Shown: one piece after another, positions 63,653 through 64,000 of the stretch
Layout of the letters: every line of letters begins with the position of its first letter
Numbering within the stretch: position 1 is the stretch's first letter
Assembly (NCBI GenBank): GCA_030265395.1
Contig: JARFYF010000052.1
Span: 57,416,372-57,480,371, forward strand
Source: Rhina ancylostomus
Lineage: Eukaryota
Length of the DNA stretch: 64,000 nucleotides
Reading direction: 5' to 3'
Notes under the pieces: model-generated
What the model was told of the DNA's origin: nothing
Seen by the model: only the letters and a program-made list of their open reading frames with translations
The model's database searches: none
Position numbers and translations under genes: made by a program

Positions 63653-64000
63653 GTGAGCACATTTATTAACAATCATATTCTAATCTTACCTTTAAGCCTT
63701 ATTCACCATAACTAAATATTGTTTACATCATAATTGAGTCAGATATATATAAAACATTAGGGGAACAGTCTAATTACAGACTAACAGTAAGACAGTTGAT
63801 TATGAAAAGTATGTAATTTTATTAAGACATTAAGAAAAGGACAAAATATAGTCATCCATGTTAAGACATTACAATTAAAGATTGTAACTAGAAGACCAAT
63901 TCAAATGGAGACACGAGAGAGACCGCAGGTGCTAAAGATCAATTCAAATTTCTAACTTCAATTGATGGTAATTACCAGACATGCTTTAAACAATACTTCA

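Noticed and set aside
63653-63715. Continuation of ORF 63506-63715 (VSTFINNH...)
   Set aside because: Read-through into the intron past the GTGAGC donor; similarity to DLC1 stops at ...RRHIP.

Overview
Eukaryotic vertebrate DNA, almost certainly from a cartilaginous fish and probably a batoid. The basis is its repeat content: HE1/V-SINEs, abundant CR1, Rex1/Babar, elasmobranch-type Penelope ends and a DeuSINE. It comes from a gappy draft assembly with many N runs, several exactly 100 nt. The only host coding sequence I can support is one 150-nt phase-0/0 exon at 63503-63652 (+), encoding EMREDRDRSRLDSMVLLIMKLDQLDQDIENALSASSSPSNTPTVKRRHIP, which matches the N-terminal extension of the long isoform of the RhoGAP DLC1. 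The rest of the window is most simply one large DLC1 intron filled with layered transposon relics. Highlights: (i) several decayed Penelope terminal repeats that keep a hammerhead-ribozyme fold with covarying stems, two of them in fold-back hairpins; (ii) a fossil Gypsy retrotransposon (LTR-gag-zinc knuckle-RT-integrase) at about 18.6-22.7 kb; (iii) a solo-LTR family, one copy with a clean 5-bp TSD; (iv) two inverted SINE pairs; (v) a same-strand CR1 pile-up at 40-55 kb. All family assignments come from recalled consensus motifs, not database searches, and repeat boundaries are approximate. I saw no prokaryotic features, CRISPR arrays, rRNA or tRNA genes.
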